A DNA stretch of 64,000 nucleotides from an uncultured Clostridia bacterium (GTDB lineage Bacteria > Bacillota > Clostridia > Christensenellales > DTU072): the NCBI GenBank assembly GCA_944349655.1, contig CALVNL010000001.1:51809-115808 (forward strand). Direction: 5' to 3'. The position numbers were made by a program, and so were the translations under genes. The notes under the pieces were generated by a model. The model saw only the letters and a list, made by a program, of their open reading frames with translations. It was not told the origin of the DNA and did no database searches. Below, one piece after another: positions 28,561 through 36,999 of the stretch (position 1 is its first letter; the number at the start of each line of letters is the position of its first letter).

Positions 28561-29264
28561 AAAAGAAATATATTCTCATCATAGCCAGTTTACTGGTAAT
28601 TGCCTTGATCGTAGCGTGCGGACAAATTTTTACCGTGCGCCACGTCAGCATTGTCTTTCTGAATAAGACGGCCCTTGCCGACGAAGCGGGTATTCTGGAA
28701 GCTTCCGGACTTAACAAACAAAAAAATATTTTCAATCTCAAAGAAACGGAAATCAAGGAAAAAGTATCCGCTTTTTTCGATGATAATTCCATAGTCGTCA
28801 CCGATATCGAAAGGATATTCCCCAACGAAGTGGTGGTTTACGTTAAGGAAAGAATACCTGTCTTTTGTCTGAAAGTCTATTCTGCAGAGGGAAAACAACT
28901 TTACGTTCCCACCGATAAGGATTTTCAGAGAGGAAAAATATACGAAGCGCAGGAATTGTCGCAAAATAATTATTTGCTCATAAACGTGACGGGTTTCGAG
29001 GTTTATGAAACTTTCGACGTAAAGGAATGTATTTATCTGCGCACGATGGCAAACGCTCTTATCGATAAGAATATCGAAGAAGAGGCTTTGCCGCAACTTA
29101 TCGAAACCGTCTCTATCGACGACGACGCATTAACTTTGACTTTGAGAGAAACGAAGGCAAAATGGGTTATTTCTCAAAGTAACGTAAAAGAAGATATTTA
29201 TTCTGCATACGACGAGTACGTCGCTCTTTCTTATCCCGACCGCTTCGGTGCGGTTATCGACTGA
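28557..29264 (+). CDS. ftsQ: cell division protein FtsQ/DivIB
   Basis: N-terminal TM ILIIASLLVIALIVA, POTRA-like region, and position between mur genes and ftsA/ftsZ. Confidence 0.7.
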   Translation: MKKKYILIIASLLVIALIVACGQIFTVRHVSIVFLNKTALADEAGILEASGLNKQKNIFNLKETEIKEKVSAFFDDNSIVVTDIERIFPNEVVVYVKERIPVFCLKVYSAEGKQLYVPTDKDFQRGKIYEAQELSQNNYLLINVTGFEVYETFDVKECIYLRTMANALIDKNIEEEALPQLIETVSIDDDALTLTLRETKAKWVISQSNVKEDIYSAYDEYVALSYPDRFGAVID

Positions 29265-29293
29265 AATTCGTTTTTACATTATCCATACGGTAC

Positions 29294-29322
29294 TTGACTA
29301 TATTTTAGATTTATATTATAAT
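29294..29322 (+). promoter_or_regulatory. strong sigma-A promoter upstream of the ftsA-like gene and ftsZ
   Basis: TTGACT (29294-29299), 17 nt, TATAAT (29317-29322). Confidence 0.6.
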
Positions 29323-29351
29323 TTTTTAATAATACTTATAGGAGAAAGATT

Positions 29352-30476
29352 TTGCGTTTAATTTCTGTTTTATGCGTAGAAAACGGGCTTATAAGGTTGG
29401 TTTTATCGGAAAGAAGCGAGACCGGCTACGTTTTTTATGCCGAAAACAGCGTTCCTTTTTCCGGGTTCGATAACGAAGGCTTCCGTTCCTCTGAAGAGGT
29501 TTTCGAGAAAATAAGGTCCTTATATGCGGATACCGAAAACAGATACGGTTTGACCGAAGACAGAGCTTTCGTGCTTTTGCCCGGTATTTTTTATAACTAC
29601 GATCTGGTGGAAAACCAAATTCGTATAGACGGAGGGACGGTTACCGAAAAAGACGTGCAAAAGCTTTTGTCTTCCTGCGGCAAGGAAGTGAGAGGCCATC
29701 TTCCCGTAGAACGTACTCCTATTTTTTATAAATCTTTTTATAATCCGATAATGTACGATCCGATAGGGGAAAAGACCGATTCCCTTTACGTTACGGCTTC
29801 TGTGGGTTATCTCAGACCCGCGGTAAAGGAGCTTTTCGACAACTGCGCAAAACGTTGCTTGAAAAATTTCGAATATTGTTCCTTCCCGACTGCCGTAGCT
29901 CACAATGCCGCAAGATTTTTACCCGAAGGGGATAAAATATTCATCGTTTTCGGCAGAGGGCATACCGATATAGCGTCTTGCAGCGGAAAGTCCCCGATTG
30001 CGGTTACATCCCGATTTTTCGGATATAACGACGTTATATATTCCGTAACCGATTTATTGAACTGTACGGACGATTTCGCGGACGGATTGATTATGCAAAG
30101 TAATCTCAATCTGGCGTTTACGCCGGAATTGAAGTATTCCTTCCTCGGCAATCATTTTCCCGTCAGGGAAGTTAATACGAGAATTATAGAAACTTTGCTA
30201 TACATAGCTTCGGTAATTGCCGAAACCGTAAACGCCTATTCGGGAGAAAAAGAAACGCCGGTATATCTGACGGGTTCGGATATCTGTTCGATAAGGGGCG
30301 TAAAGGAAATTTTCGAAGATCAAATCGGAAGAGAAATAGAAATACTCACTTCAGACGCGATAAATTTAGAAGGTTGTAAAAATTTTGCTTTAGCAGGATT
30401 ATGCGATAAAATAAATCGGTCCATAAAACCGAATTTTTGGGAAAAACTGTTAGCTAAGATATACAGGAGGAACTGA
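29352..30476 (+). CDS. FtsA-like actin-fold cell division protein with degenerate nucleotide-binding motifs
   Basis: TTG start, 374 aa. Collinear by eye with B. subtilis FtsA (VPFSGF.. vs VPSEGL.., YLTGS.. vs VLTGG..). C-terminal amphipathic helix NFWEKLLAKIYRR. Sits in the ftsA slot directly before ftsZ. Confidence 0.65.
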   Translation: MRLISVLCVENGLIRLVLSERSETGYVFYAENSVPFSGFDNEGFRSSEEVFEKIRSLYADTENRYGLTEDRAFVLLPGIFYNYDLVENQIRIDGGTVTEKDVQKLLSSCGKEVRGHLPVERTPIFYKSFYNPIMYDPIGEKTDSLYVTASVGYLRPAVKELFDNCAKRCLKNFEYCSFPTAVAHNAARFLPEGDKIFIVFGRGHTDIASCSGKSPIAVTSRFFGYNDVIYSVTDLLNCTDDFADGLIMQSNLNLAFTPELKYSFLGNHFPVREVNTRIIETLLYIASVIAETVNAYSGEKETPVYLTGSDICSIRGVKEIFEDQIGREIEILTSDAINLEGCKNFALAGLCDKINRSIKPNFWEKLLAKIYRRN

Positions 30477-30477
30477 A

Positions 30478-31671
30478 ATGGATTTCATCAATAAAAGTGC
30501 CGACGCTTCCGAACCCGCGCACGAAGTAGTAAAAATTAAGGTTATAGGCGTAGGCGGCGGAGGTTGTAACGCTGTCGACCGTCTTAAAGCAGCCAACGTG
30601 GAAGGCGTGGAATTTATCGCTTGCAATACCGATATGACTTCGTTAAACAGCGTGCTTGCAGATAAAAAAATTCAATTAGGTAGCAAACTTACCCACGGAT
30701 TGGGAGCGGGTAGTAAACCTTCCGTAGGAGAACAGGCAGCCAACGAATCCAGAGAAGAAATAAAAGAAGCCCTGGAAGGTGCCAATCTCGTATTCGTAAC
30801 GGCGGGAATGGGCGGAGGAACGGGTACCGGCGGCGCTCCGGTGGTAGCGAGCATAGCCAAAGAACTCGGTATTCTTACCATAGCTTTGGTTACCAAGCCT
30901 TTCGATTACGAAGGTCGTCCCAAGATGATAGTGGCGGAAGAGGGTATCGAAAAATTAAGTAAAGAAGCCGACGTACTGATAGTTATCCCCAACGAAAAAG
31001 CCTTCAGTTTTCTGCCGGCAAATACGCCTATGATAAAAGTGGTACAAATTCCCGACGGAGTATTGCACAACAGTATTATCGGGATAATCGATATCGTGGC
31101 AAAACCCGCTTTGATCAACCTCGATTTTGCAGATCTCGAAACCGTTATAAAAAACAAGGGCACCGCTCATATCGGAGTGGGACGGGCAAAGGGAGAAACC
31201 AGAGTTATGGAAGCTCTGAGACAGGCGGCAAGTTCCTCTCTTTTAGAGTCCAACATCGAGGGTGCGACGCAACTTATCGTAAGCGTAACGGGCGACGTCA
31301 ATATTTCGGGTAACGATATTAAGAAGGCTTTGGAAGCGATCTCCAACATAGTGGCGCCCGAAGCCAATATCATTCACGGACTCGGACTTATCAATTCCAT
31401 GAAAGACGAAGCCATAGTTACCGTTATCGCCACCGGTTTCGACGCTAAGAAGGCGGATCCCGAAAATAATCTTGCCGATAAACTTATTTTTAACACTCCG
31501 GGACAAGACGATATAAACGAAAAGCCTGAATATACCGGCGACTATATTCTTTCGGGATATAAGAAACAGGAAACTCCGCTCCAGGTAGAAAAACCGGCTC
31601 CGCAGCAAGCTAAGGCAAGCGACGAGTATCCGAGCTTTATAAAAAGGCTTTTGGAAAAAGCGGGAAAATAA
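30478..31671 (+). CDS. ftsZ: cell division protein FtsZ
   Basis: [10 protein letters not shown], tubulin signature [12 protein letters not shown], and C-terminal peptide YPSFIKRLL. Confidence 0.97.
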   Translation: MDFINKSADASEPAHEVVKIKVIGVGGGGCNAVDRLKAANVEGVEFIACNTDMTSLNSVLADKKIQLGSKLTHGLGAGSKPSVGEQAANESREEIKEALEGANLVFVTAGMGGGTGTGGAPVVASIAKELGILTIALVTKPFDYEGRPKMIVAEEGIEKLSKEADVLIVIPNEKAFSFLPANTPMIKVVQIPDGVLHNSIIGIIDIVAKPALINLDFADLETVIKNKGTAHIGVGRAKGETRVMEALRQAASSSLLESNIEGATQLIVSVTGDVNISGNDIKKALEAISNIVAPEANIIHGLGLINSMKDEAIVTVIATGFDAKKADPENNLADKLIFNTPGQDDINEKPEYTGDYILSGYKKQETPLQVEKPAPQQAKASDEYPSFIKRLLEKAGK

Positions 31672-31700
31672 TAATAGTTTTTATTTATAAAAAAATACAA

Positions 31701-31730
31701 AAGACAAGTCGAAAGGCTTGTCTTTTTTTT
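31701..31730 (+). terminator. strong intrinsic terminator after ftsZ
   Basis: 10-bp stem aagacaagtc / ggcttgtctt with a GAAA loop, then T8. It ends 11 nt before the spoIIGA ATG. Confidence 0.8.
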
Positions 31731-31741
31731 GCGGGTGAAAT

Positions 31742-32512
31742 ATGACTTTATACGTCGAAATCGTGTTTTTAAGTAACTTTATGATAGACGCATTTTTAGG
31801 TGCGCTTACGTTGTTTTTGTTAAAATGTCCTTTGGAGGTAAAAAGGATAGGCATTTTTTCCTTATTAGGAGCTATAATGTCTGCAATATATCCCGTGCTT
31901 GCAAATTACGGATACCTTTTGAAAATATCCGGATTGATTATTCTGCCCATTTTTCTTAAGAAATTTTCTAAATTTAAGGATTATCTGATAACACTTGCGG
32001 TTTTTCTGACGGTTACCGTTGCCGCAGGCGGATTGACGTTCGCTTTCGCCAATTTTACTTCAGCCGATCTTACATATAACGAGCTTACTTACGGAGTTTT
32101 TCCTTTGGTTACATCTGCCAGCGGATTGATACTTTTGTCGGTTGCACAATATTTGAAGAAAGAACTTAAACTTACGCATAAGAAAAATTCTCTTTATTAC
32201 GAAGTTTACATATTGAACGATCGCTGCAAATGCCGTTGTAGGGCGTTTTATGACAGCGGAAATCGGGTTTACGCTAATAATGGCGAATGCGTGGTAATCG
32301 TTTCGGACAGAGTATATAATATGCTTATGCCTGCCGAAAGCGAATATTTGGGAATATATACAGCCGCAGGTAAATACAATATGGAGATAACCGATGCCGT
32401 GGTTTTTGTCTTGAAAGACGGAGAAGGTTCGGTTTATAAAGTAAAGGCAGGCAGATCAAACGTTGCTACCGATACGGATATGATACTGCACAGCGATATG
32501 ACGGGAGATTGA
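31742..32512 (+). CDS. spoIIGA: sigma-E processing peptidase SpoIIGA
   Basis: N-terminus [19 protein letters not shown] parallels B. subtilis SpoIIGA. Polytopic N-domain. Aspartic protease motif YDSGN. Confidence 0.85.
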   Translation: MTLYVEIVFLSNFMIDAFLGALTLFLLKCPLEVKRIGIFSLLGAIMSAIYPVLANYGYLLKISGLIILPIFLKKFSKFKDYLITLAVFLTVTVAAGGLTFAFANFTSADLTYNELTYGVFPLVTSASGLILLSVAQYLKKELKLTHKKNSLYYEVYILNDRCKCRCRAFYDSGNRVYANNGECVVIVSDRVYNMLMPAESEYLGIYTAAGKYNMEITDAVVFVLKDGEGSVYKVKAGRSNVATDTDMILHSDMTGD

Positions 32513-32513
32513 T

Positions 32514-33221
32514 ATGAATAAAATTAAAGCTTTTTTCAAGAAAATAATCGAAAAAATCAAAAGATTTTTTTCCCAAGAAAAAGAACTGAATTATATAACG
32601 AGTTTACCGAATCCCTTAAGTGCGGAGGAAGAAGCGGAAGCAATAGCGAAACTCGATTGCGGCGATTCGGAAGCGCGGAATTTACTTATCGAAAGGAATT
32701 TGCGTTTAGTCGTCTACATAGCCAAAAGGTTTGACAATACGGGTATCGATATCGACGAATTGATTTCCGTAGGGACGTTGGGACTCATTAAAGCGGTTAA
32801 AAGTTATAATTCCGATAAAAAAATAAAACTTGCAACTTACGCTTCGAGATGTATAGAAAACGAAATACTGATGTATTTACGAAAAATGGTAAAAATAAAA
32901 TCGGAAATAAGCCTGGAAGAACCGCTCAACGTGGACTGGGAAGGTAACCAGCTGGTGTTAAGCGATATTTTGGGGACGGACAGCGATATGATCTATAAAG
33001 ATATGGAAACGAGGGTGGAAAACGATATTTTGAGAGAACTTTACGACAAACTCGACGAAAGGGACAAGGCGATAGTTACTATGCGTTACGGGCTTTACGG
33101 CGCCGAGGAGAAAACTCAGAAGGAAATTGCCGATATGATGAATATTTCCCAGTCTTACATAAGCAGACTGGAGAAAAAAATACTCGCTAAAATGAAGAAA
33201 GATTTTCAAAAATGTGAATAG
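32514..33221 (+). CDS. sigE: sporulation sigma factor SigE (pro-sigma-E)
   Basis: Amphipathic pro-sequence [19 protein letters not shown]. Regions 2 and 4 present ([23 protein letters not shown]). Follows spoIIGA. Confidence 0.93.
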   Translation: MNKIKAFFKKIIEKIKRFFSQEKELNYITSLPNPLSAEEEAEAIAKLDCGDSEARNLLIERNLRLVVYIAKRFDNTGIDIDELISVGTLGLIKAVKSYNSDKKIKLATYASRCIENEILMYLRKMVKIKSEISLEEPLNVDWEGNQLVLSDILGTDSDMIYKDMETRVENDILRELYDKLDERDKAIVTMRYGLYGAEEKTQKEIADMMNISQSYISRLEKKILAKMKKDFQKCE

Positions 33222-33278
33222 AAAAAGCTGAAAGGAAAATACTTCCTGTGTAAGAGATCCTCGTACATAGGAGGTATT

Positions 33279-34046
33279 ATGTCTTATAAAGTTGTGATAA
33301 CCGGTATTTCCACAGCGGATTTACCGCACTTTACGGCAAGAGAAAGCGAAGAAATGCTCCGTCGTATCAAAAACGGAGAAACGCATTTGAGAGAAATGTT
33401 TTTGGAAAGCAACATAAGACTGGTATTGAGTATGGTCCGCCGCTTCAAGTCCGACGCCAACACCGCAGACGACTTGTTTCAGGTGGGTATGCTGGGACTT
33501 ATAAAGGCTCTCGACAATTTCGACGTTTCGTTGAACGTTCGGTTCTCGACCTACGCCGTGCCTATGATAACGGGGGAAATAAGGCGTTTTATCAGGGAAA
33601 GTACCGGTGTCAAGGTGGGCAGAAATTTACGCGATATAGCGTATAAAGCCATGCAGGCAAGGGATAAGCTCGAACTTGCAAATGCCAACGAAGCTTCGTT
33701 AACCGAGATAGCCGAAGAAATCAACGTGCCGTACGGCGAAGTAGTCAGCGCGCTGGACGCCATAAGCGAACCCGTAAGCATTTACGAGTCGGTCTACAAC
33801 GATTCCGACGACAATCTGATGCTTGTGGACCAGATAAGCGACAAAACTTCATTGGACGGTTACGTGGAAAGCGCCACTTTGAAAGAGGAAATTTCCAAAC
33901 TGCCCGAAAGGGAAAGAAACGTTTTGCTTTTACGTTATTACGGAGGCAGGACGCAAATGGAAATATCCGATGAACTCGATATGAGTCAGGCGCAGGTAAG
34001 CCGCTTGGAAAAAAGTGCGCTTAAAAAGCTTCGGGAAGCGTTTTAA
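33279..34046 (+). CDS. sigG: sporulation sigma factor SigG
   Basis: 255 aa. SigF/G-type sequence (NIRLVLSMVRRF, SQAQVSRLEK). The position after sigE favours SigG. Confidence 0.9.
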   Translation: MSYKVVITGISTADLPHFTARESEEMLRRIKNGETHLREMFLESNIRLVLSMVRRFKSDANTADDLFQVGMLGLIKALDNFDVSLNVRFSTYAVPMITGEIRRFIRESTGVKVGRNLRDIAYKAMQARDKLELANANEASLTEIAEEINVPYGEVVSALDAISEPVSIYESVYNDSDDNLMLVDQISDKTSLDGYVESATLKEEISKLPERERNVLLLRYYGGRTQMEISDELDMSQAQVSRLEKSALKKLREAF

Positions 34047-34062
34047 GTTTTCGGCATAGTGA

Positions 34063-34102
34063 GACCGTCTTCGGCATAAGTATAGTCGAGGACGGTTTTT
34101 TT
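34063..34102 (+). terminator. intrinsic terminator after sigG
   Basis: About 11-bp stem gaccgtcttcg / cgaggacggtt with a 13-nt loop, then T7 running into the ylmC ATG. Confidence 0.65.
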
Positions 34103-34417
34103 ATGAATGGAAGAATAGATTATACTTTTTGCGAATTGAGAGAACGGGAAGTCGTAAACGTGGCGGACGGCAGAAAACTCGGCAGAATAAGCGATATGGC
34201 TTTTTCCGCCAACGGTAACGTTGTGGGAATAATCGTTCCGGGAGAAAAAAAGTTTTTCAAAAACATTGCAGGAGCGGAAAATATTTTCATACCTTGGAAA
34301 TGTATATTGAAAATAGGAAGTGACGTTATTTTGGTGGACTTAAATAACAATCTTGCCGGCGTACCCTTCAACGCTCCTCCGATAAATCCGAGGGAATGTA
34401 TATCTCCTGCAGGTTAA
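34103..34417 (+). CDS. YlmC/YmxH-family PRC-barrel sporulation protein
   Basis: 104 aa. LREREVVNVADGRKLGRISDM...IIVPG...IPWKCILKIGSDVILVD matches the YlmC/YmxH pattern. Confidence 0.8.
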   Translation: MNGRIDYTFCELREREVVNVADGRKLGRISDMAFSANGNVVGIIVPGEKKFFKNIAGAENIFIPWKCILKIGSDVILVDLNNNLAGVPFNAPPINPRECISPAG

Positions 34418-34450
34418 AACAAGAATTTTCAGGGTAAATTGCGGCAGAAC

Positions 34451-34479
34451 TTTACATTTTTCCGATAATTTTGTATAAT
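34451..34479 (+). promoter_or_regulatory. sigma-A promoter for nrdR
   Basis: TTTACA (34451-34456), 17 nt, TATAAT (34474-34479). Confidence 0.55.
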
Positions 34480-34505
34480 AAGAAAAAAGTTATAGAGGTT
34501 TAGGT

Positions 34506-34967
34506 ATGAAATGTATTTTTTGCGGCAGTCTGGACAGTAAAGTCGTCGATTCCAGGCTCAGCGAAGACGGAACCACTATTCGCCGCAGAAGGGAGTGTCT
34601 TGCTTGCGGCAAAAGGTACACCACTTACGAAAAAGTGGAATTTGCTCCCGTGCTCGTTATAAAGAACACCGGAAACAGACAGGCGTTCGATTCTGCGAAA
34701 ATTAAGGCAGGTATTATGAAAGCCTGCGAAAAAAGACCTGTTCCGATGGTAAAAATCGAAAAAATAGTCAGCGATATCGAAAAAGTAATTCATAATTCTT
34801 TCGCTCAGGAAATAACCTCCAAACGCATAGGGGAAATGGTAATGGAAGCCTTACGCGAAGTGGACGAAGTCGCTTACGTAAGATTTGCGTCCGTTCACCG
34901 CGAGTTCAAAGACATAAATACTCTTTTAAGCGAAATAGAAACCTTGGTACAGAATAAAAAAAGCTGA
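34506..34967 (+). CDS. nrdR: transcriptional repressor NrdR
   Basis: Zinc ribbon CIFCG...CLACG plus an ATP-cone domain. 153 aa. Confidence 0.95.
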   Translation: MKCIFCGSLDSKVVDSRLSEDGTTIRRRRECLACGKRYTTYEKVEFAPVLVIKNTGNRQAFDSAKIKAGIMKACEKRPVPMVKIEKIVSDIEKVIHNSFAQEITSKRIGEMVMEALREVDEVAYVRFASVHREFKDINTLLSEIETLVQNKKS

Positions 34968-35806
34968 TGGAAGAGTTTGTTTACAGAGGAGTTTCCCGTA
35001 ATTTATCCAAAGTTATGCCTTTATATATACCCGTGCTGACCTACGGGTATTTTCGTAAACTTTTACGTAAAGGAGAGATAAAAGTAAACGGCGCCAGATT
35101 AAAGGAAGACGTAAAAATAAACGACGGGGATATAGTCAGAGTATTTTTCGATTACGACGCGCTCCGTCCCGTTTCACTTTTCGAATCCGACGACCTAGCT
35201 GTATTCTATAAACCCTCCGGGCTTGCTTCGGAAGGGAAAAATTCTTTTTCCGAACTCGTTAACAGCTTTTTCCCCGATTTTATATTGTGTCACAGACTGG
35301 ACACCAACACCGACGGACTTATTGTTTTCGCTAAAAACGTATCGGCGTCGCAAGAACTGGACGAGGCATTTCGCAAAAGGTATATTGAAAAGCGGTATCT
35401 TGCTTTATGCTTCGGAACAGGGTTGAAAAACGGCTTACACATTGCTTACCTGAAAAAAATTCCCGAGCAGTCGAGGGTGGTCGTGTCCGATAAAAAAGAA
35501 AATGATTTTACAAAGATACAGACTTTTATTAACGTTTTGAAAGAAAAAAACGGTTTAAGCGTAGCCGATATAGAACTTGTCACGGGAAAAACTCATCAGA
35601 TAAGAGCTCATCTTGCCTTTCTCGGTCATCAGATAATAGGAGACCCGAAATACGGTAAAGAAAGCGTAAACCGTCTTTACGGGAAAAAAAGACAATGCCT
35701 GACGGCGTATAAAATAGTTTTCCGTATTCCCTTCGGCAAACTTTCATATCTGAACGGAACGGAAGTGACGCTTTCCGAGGATAAGCTCGGAGAATATTCC
35801 TTATAA
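34967..35806 (+). CDS. RluA-family pseudouridine synthase
   Basis: S4-like N-terminus, catalytic HRLDTNTDGLIVFAK, and THQIRAH. Confidence 0.85.
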   Translation: MEEFVYRGVSRNLSKVMPLYIPVLTYGYFRKLLRKGEIKVNGARLKEDVKINDGDIVRVFFDYDALRPVSLFESDDLAVFYKPSGLASEGKNSFSELVNSFFPDFILCHRLDTNTDGLIVFAKNVSASQELDEAFRKRYIEKRYLALCFGTGLKNGLHIAYLKKIPEQSRVVVSDKKENDFTKIQTFINVLKEKNGLSVADIELVTGKTHQIRAHLAFLGHQIIGDPKYGKESVNRLYGKKRQCLTAYKIVFRIPFGKLSYLNGTEVTLSEDKLGEYSL

Positions 35807-35825
35807 ATATCGTCTTTTTCCGACA

Positions 35826-35852
35826 ACTTTTTCCTTCCGGTTACATATACTG
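35826..35852 (+). promoter_or_regulatory. mother-cell-type promoter candidate for sigK
   Basis: AC (35826-35827), 16 nt, CATATACTG (35844-35852), compared with AC-16/17-CATAnnnTA (sigma-K) and CATAcanT (sigma-E). Confidence 0.4.
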
Positions 35853-35874
35853 ATAGAAGTGTATCGGGGGGATT

Positions 35875-36579
35875 TTGCTTTTAGAAGGATTTTTTACTCT
35901 TTTCAGCAATTTGTTGTTATTCACTTCGGGGATAGACGGCGGAAACTCTTTTCCTCATCCGTTAAGTCCCGAAAAGGAAAGGGAATACCTTTACAAATTC
36001 AAAAAAGAAGGGGATCTGGAAGCTAGAAACATTCTTATAAAACACAATCTTCGTCTGGTAGTGTTTATTGCGAAAAAATACGTTAATTATCCCGACAACG
36101 ACGAACTTATCAGTATCGGCACGATAGGACTTATGAAAGCCATCAATTCCTTCGATCCCGACAAGGGGTCGTTGCTTGCCACTTTCGCTTCCCGTTGTAT
36201 CGAAAACGAAATTCTGATGACTATGCGCAGTTACAAGAAAAGAGCGGGCGATATGTCGATATACGAAAGTATCGGAAACGACAAGAACGGCAACGAAATG
36301 CCGATTATCGACATACTGACTACCGACGAAGAAAGCGTTTACTCTCATATCGACTCGGAATTTATGAAAAAAACGCTAAAGGATTTTACTTCGAGATATT
36401 TAAGCGAAAGGGAAAGGGTAATTATAAATTTACGGTTCGGGCTGGAGGGCGGAGTGCCGCTTACGCAACAAAAAGTAGCGGACAGGCTGGGGATTTCGAG
36501 ATCCTACATATCCAGAATAGAAAAAAAGTCGCTGTCTAAACTCCGTGCGGCTTTCGAAAAGGAAAAAATTCAGGTATAA
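35875..36579 (+). CDS. sigK: sporulation sigma factor SigK (pro-sigma-K), uninterrupted
   Basis: TTG start. Pro-sequence ...NSFPHPLSPEKEREYL parallels B. subtilis ...NAFPQPLSSSEEKKYL. Also NLRLVVFIAKKY and CIENEILM. One continuous 234-aa ORF. Confidence 0.9.
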   Translation: MLLEGFFTLFSNLLLFTSGIDGGNSFPHPLSPEKEREYLYKFKKEGDLEARNILIKHNLRLVVFIAKKYVNYPDNDELISIGTIGLMKAINSFDPDKGSLLATFASRCIENEILMTMRSYKKRAGDMSIYESIGNDKNGNEMPIIDILTTDEESVYSHIDSEFMKKTLKDFTSRYLSERERVIINLRFGLEGGVPLTQQKVADRLGISRSYISRIEKKSLSKLRAAFEKEKIQV

Positions 36580-36581
36580 AG

Positions 36582-36907
36582 GGGAGCGAGACGGTCTGTA
36601 AGCCGAGTTCTGTCTTGAACGGCCATCTGTCTAGGCGAACCGTTACCGGAACGCTCAAGCGATTTTGAAACGCGCCGGGCAGGCGTAATCGTTTACTTCT
36701 CTTGCATCGAGCGGGGTTTACACAGCCAATTTCGTTGCCGAACTGCTGGTGCGCTCTTACCGCACCTTTCCATCCTTACGGTCAAAGACCGCGGTTTATT
36801 TCTGTTGCACTATCCTTAAAGTCGCCTTCAGCGGGGGTTACCCGTCGCTCTGCCCTGTGATGCTCGGACTTTCCTCATCTTTCGATGCGGCCGTCCGGCC
36901 GTCTCGC
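36582..36907 (-). ncRNA. rnpB: RNase P RNA, bacterial type A
   Basis: The reverse complement reads GCGAGACGGCC...GATGAGGAAAGTCCGAGC...AGTGCAACAGAAA...GGAAAGGTGCGGTAAGAGCGCACC...GCCTAGACAGATGG...ACAGAACTCGGCTTACAGACCGTCTCGC. The CR-I and CR-V blocks and the P1 pairing are all present, and the E. coli-like GGTGCGGTAAGAGCGCACC block indicates type A. Ends are accurate to a few nt. Confidence 0.9.
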
Positions 36908-36913
36908 AGGATT

Positions 36914-36942
36914 ATATTATCATTAAATCTCTTTTTTTTCAA
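36914..36942 (-). promoter_or_regulatory. sigma-A promoter for rnpB
   Basis: On the minus strand: TTGAAA (36942-36937), 17 nt, TAATAT (36919-36914). The predicted TSS at about 36907 is the first base of the P1 helix. Confidence 0.55.
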
Positions 36943-36999
36943 GTATATTTTTCCCGTGCGGGTAAATAATTCCTGTAAATTATAACCGTGAGGATTATT

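Noticed and set aside
33222-33278. I looked for a sigma-F/sigma-G-type promoter upstream of sigG.
   Set aside because: The only CATA-like element (acataggagg) overlaps the SD and is too close to the start codon. The candidate -35 spacing is about 24 nt. No credible promoter can be called by eye.
35875-36579. I checked sigK for a skin-like intervening element or a split gene.
   Set aside because: The ORF is continuous from the pro-sequence through region 4, and no recombinase or insertion is nearby.
36749-36985. 78-aa plus-strand ORF between sigK and the giant gene.
   Set aside because: It overlaps the RNase P RNA on the opposite strand, and the conserved rnpB blocks explain the sequence constraint. 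It has no SD.
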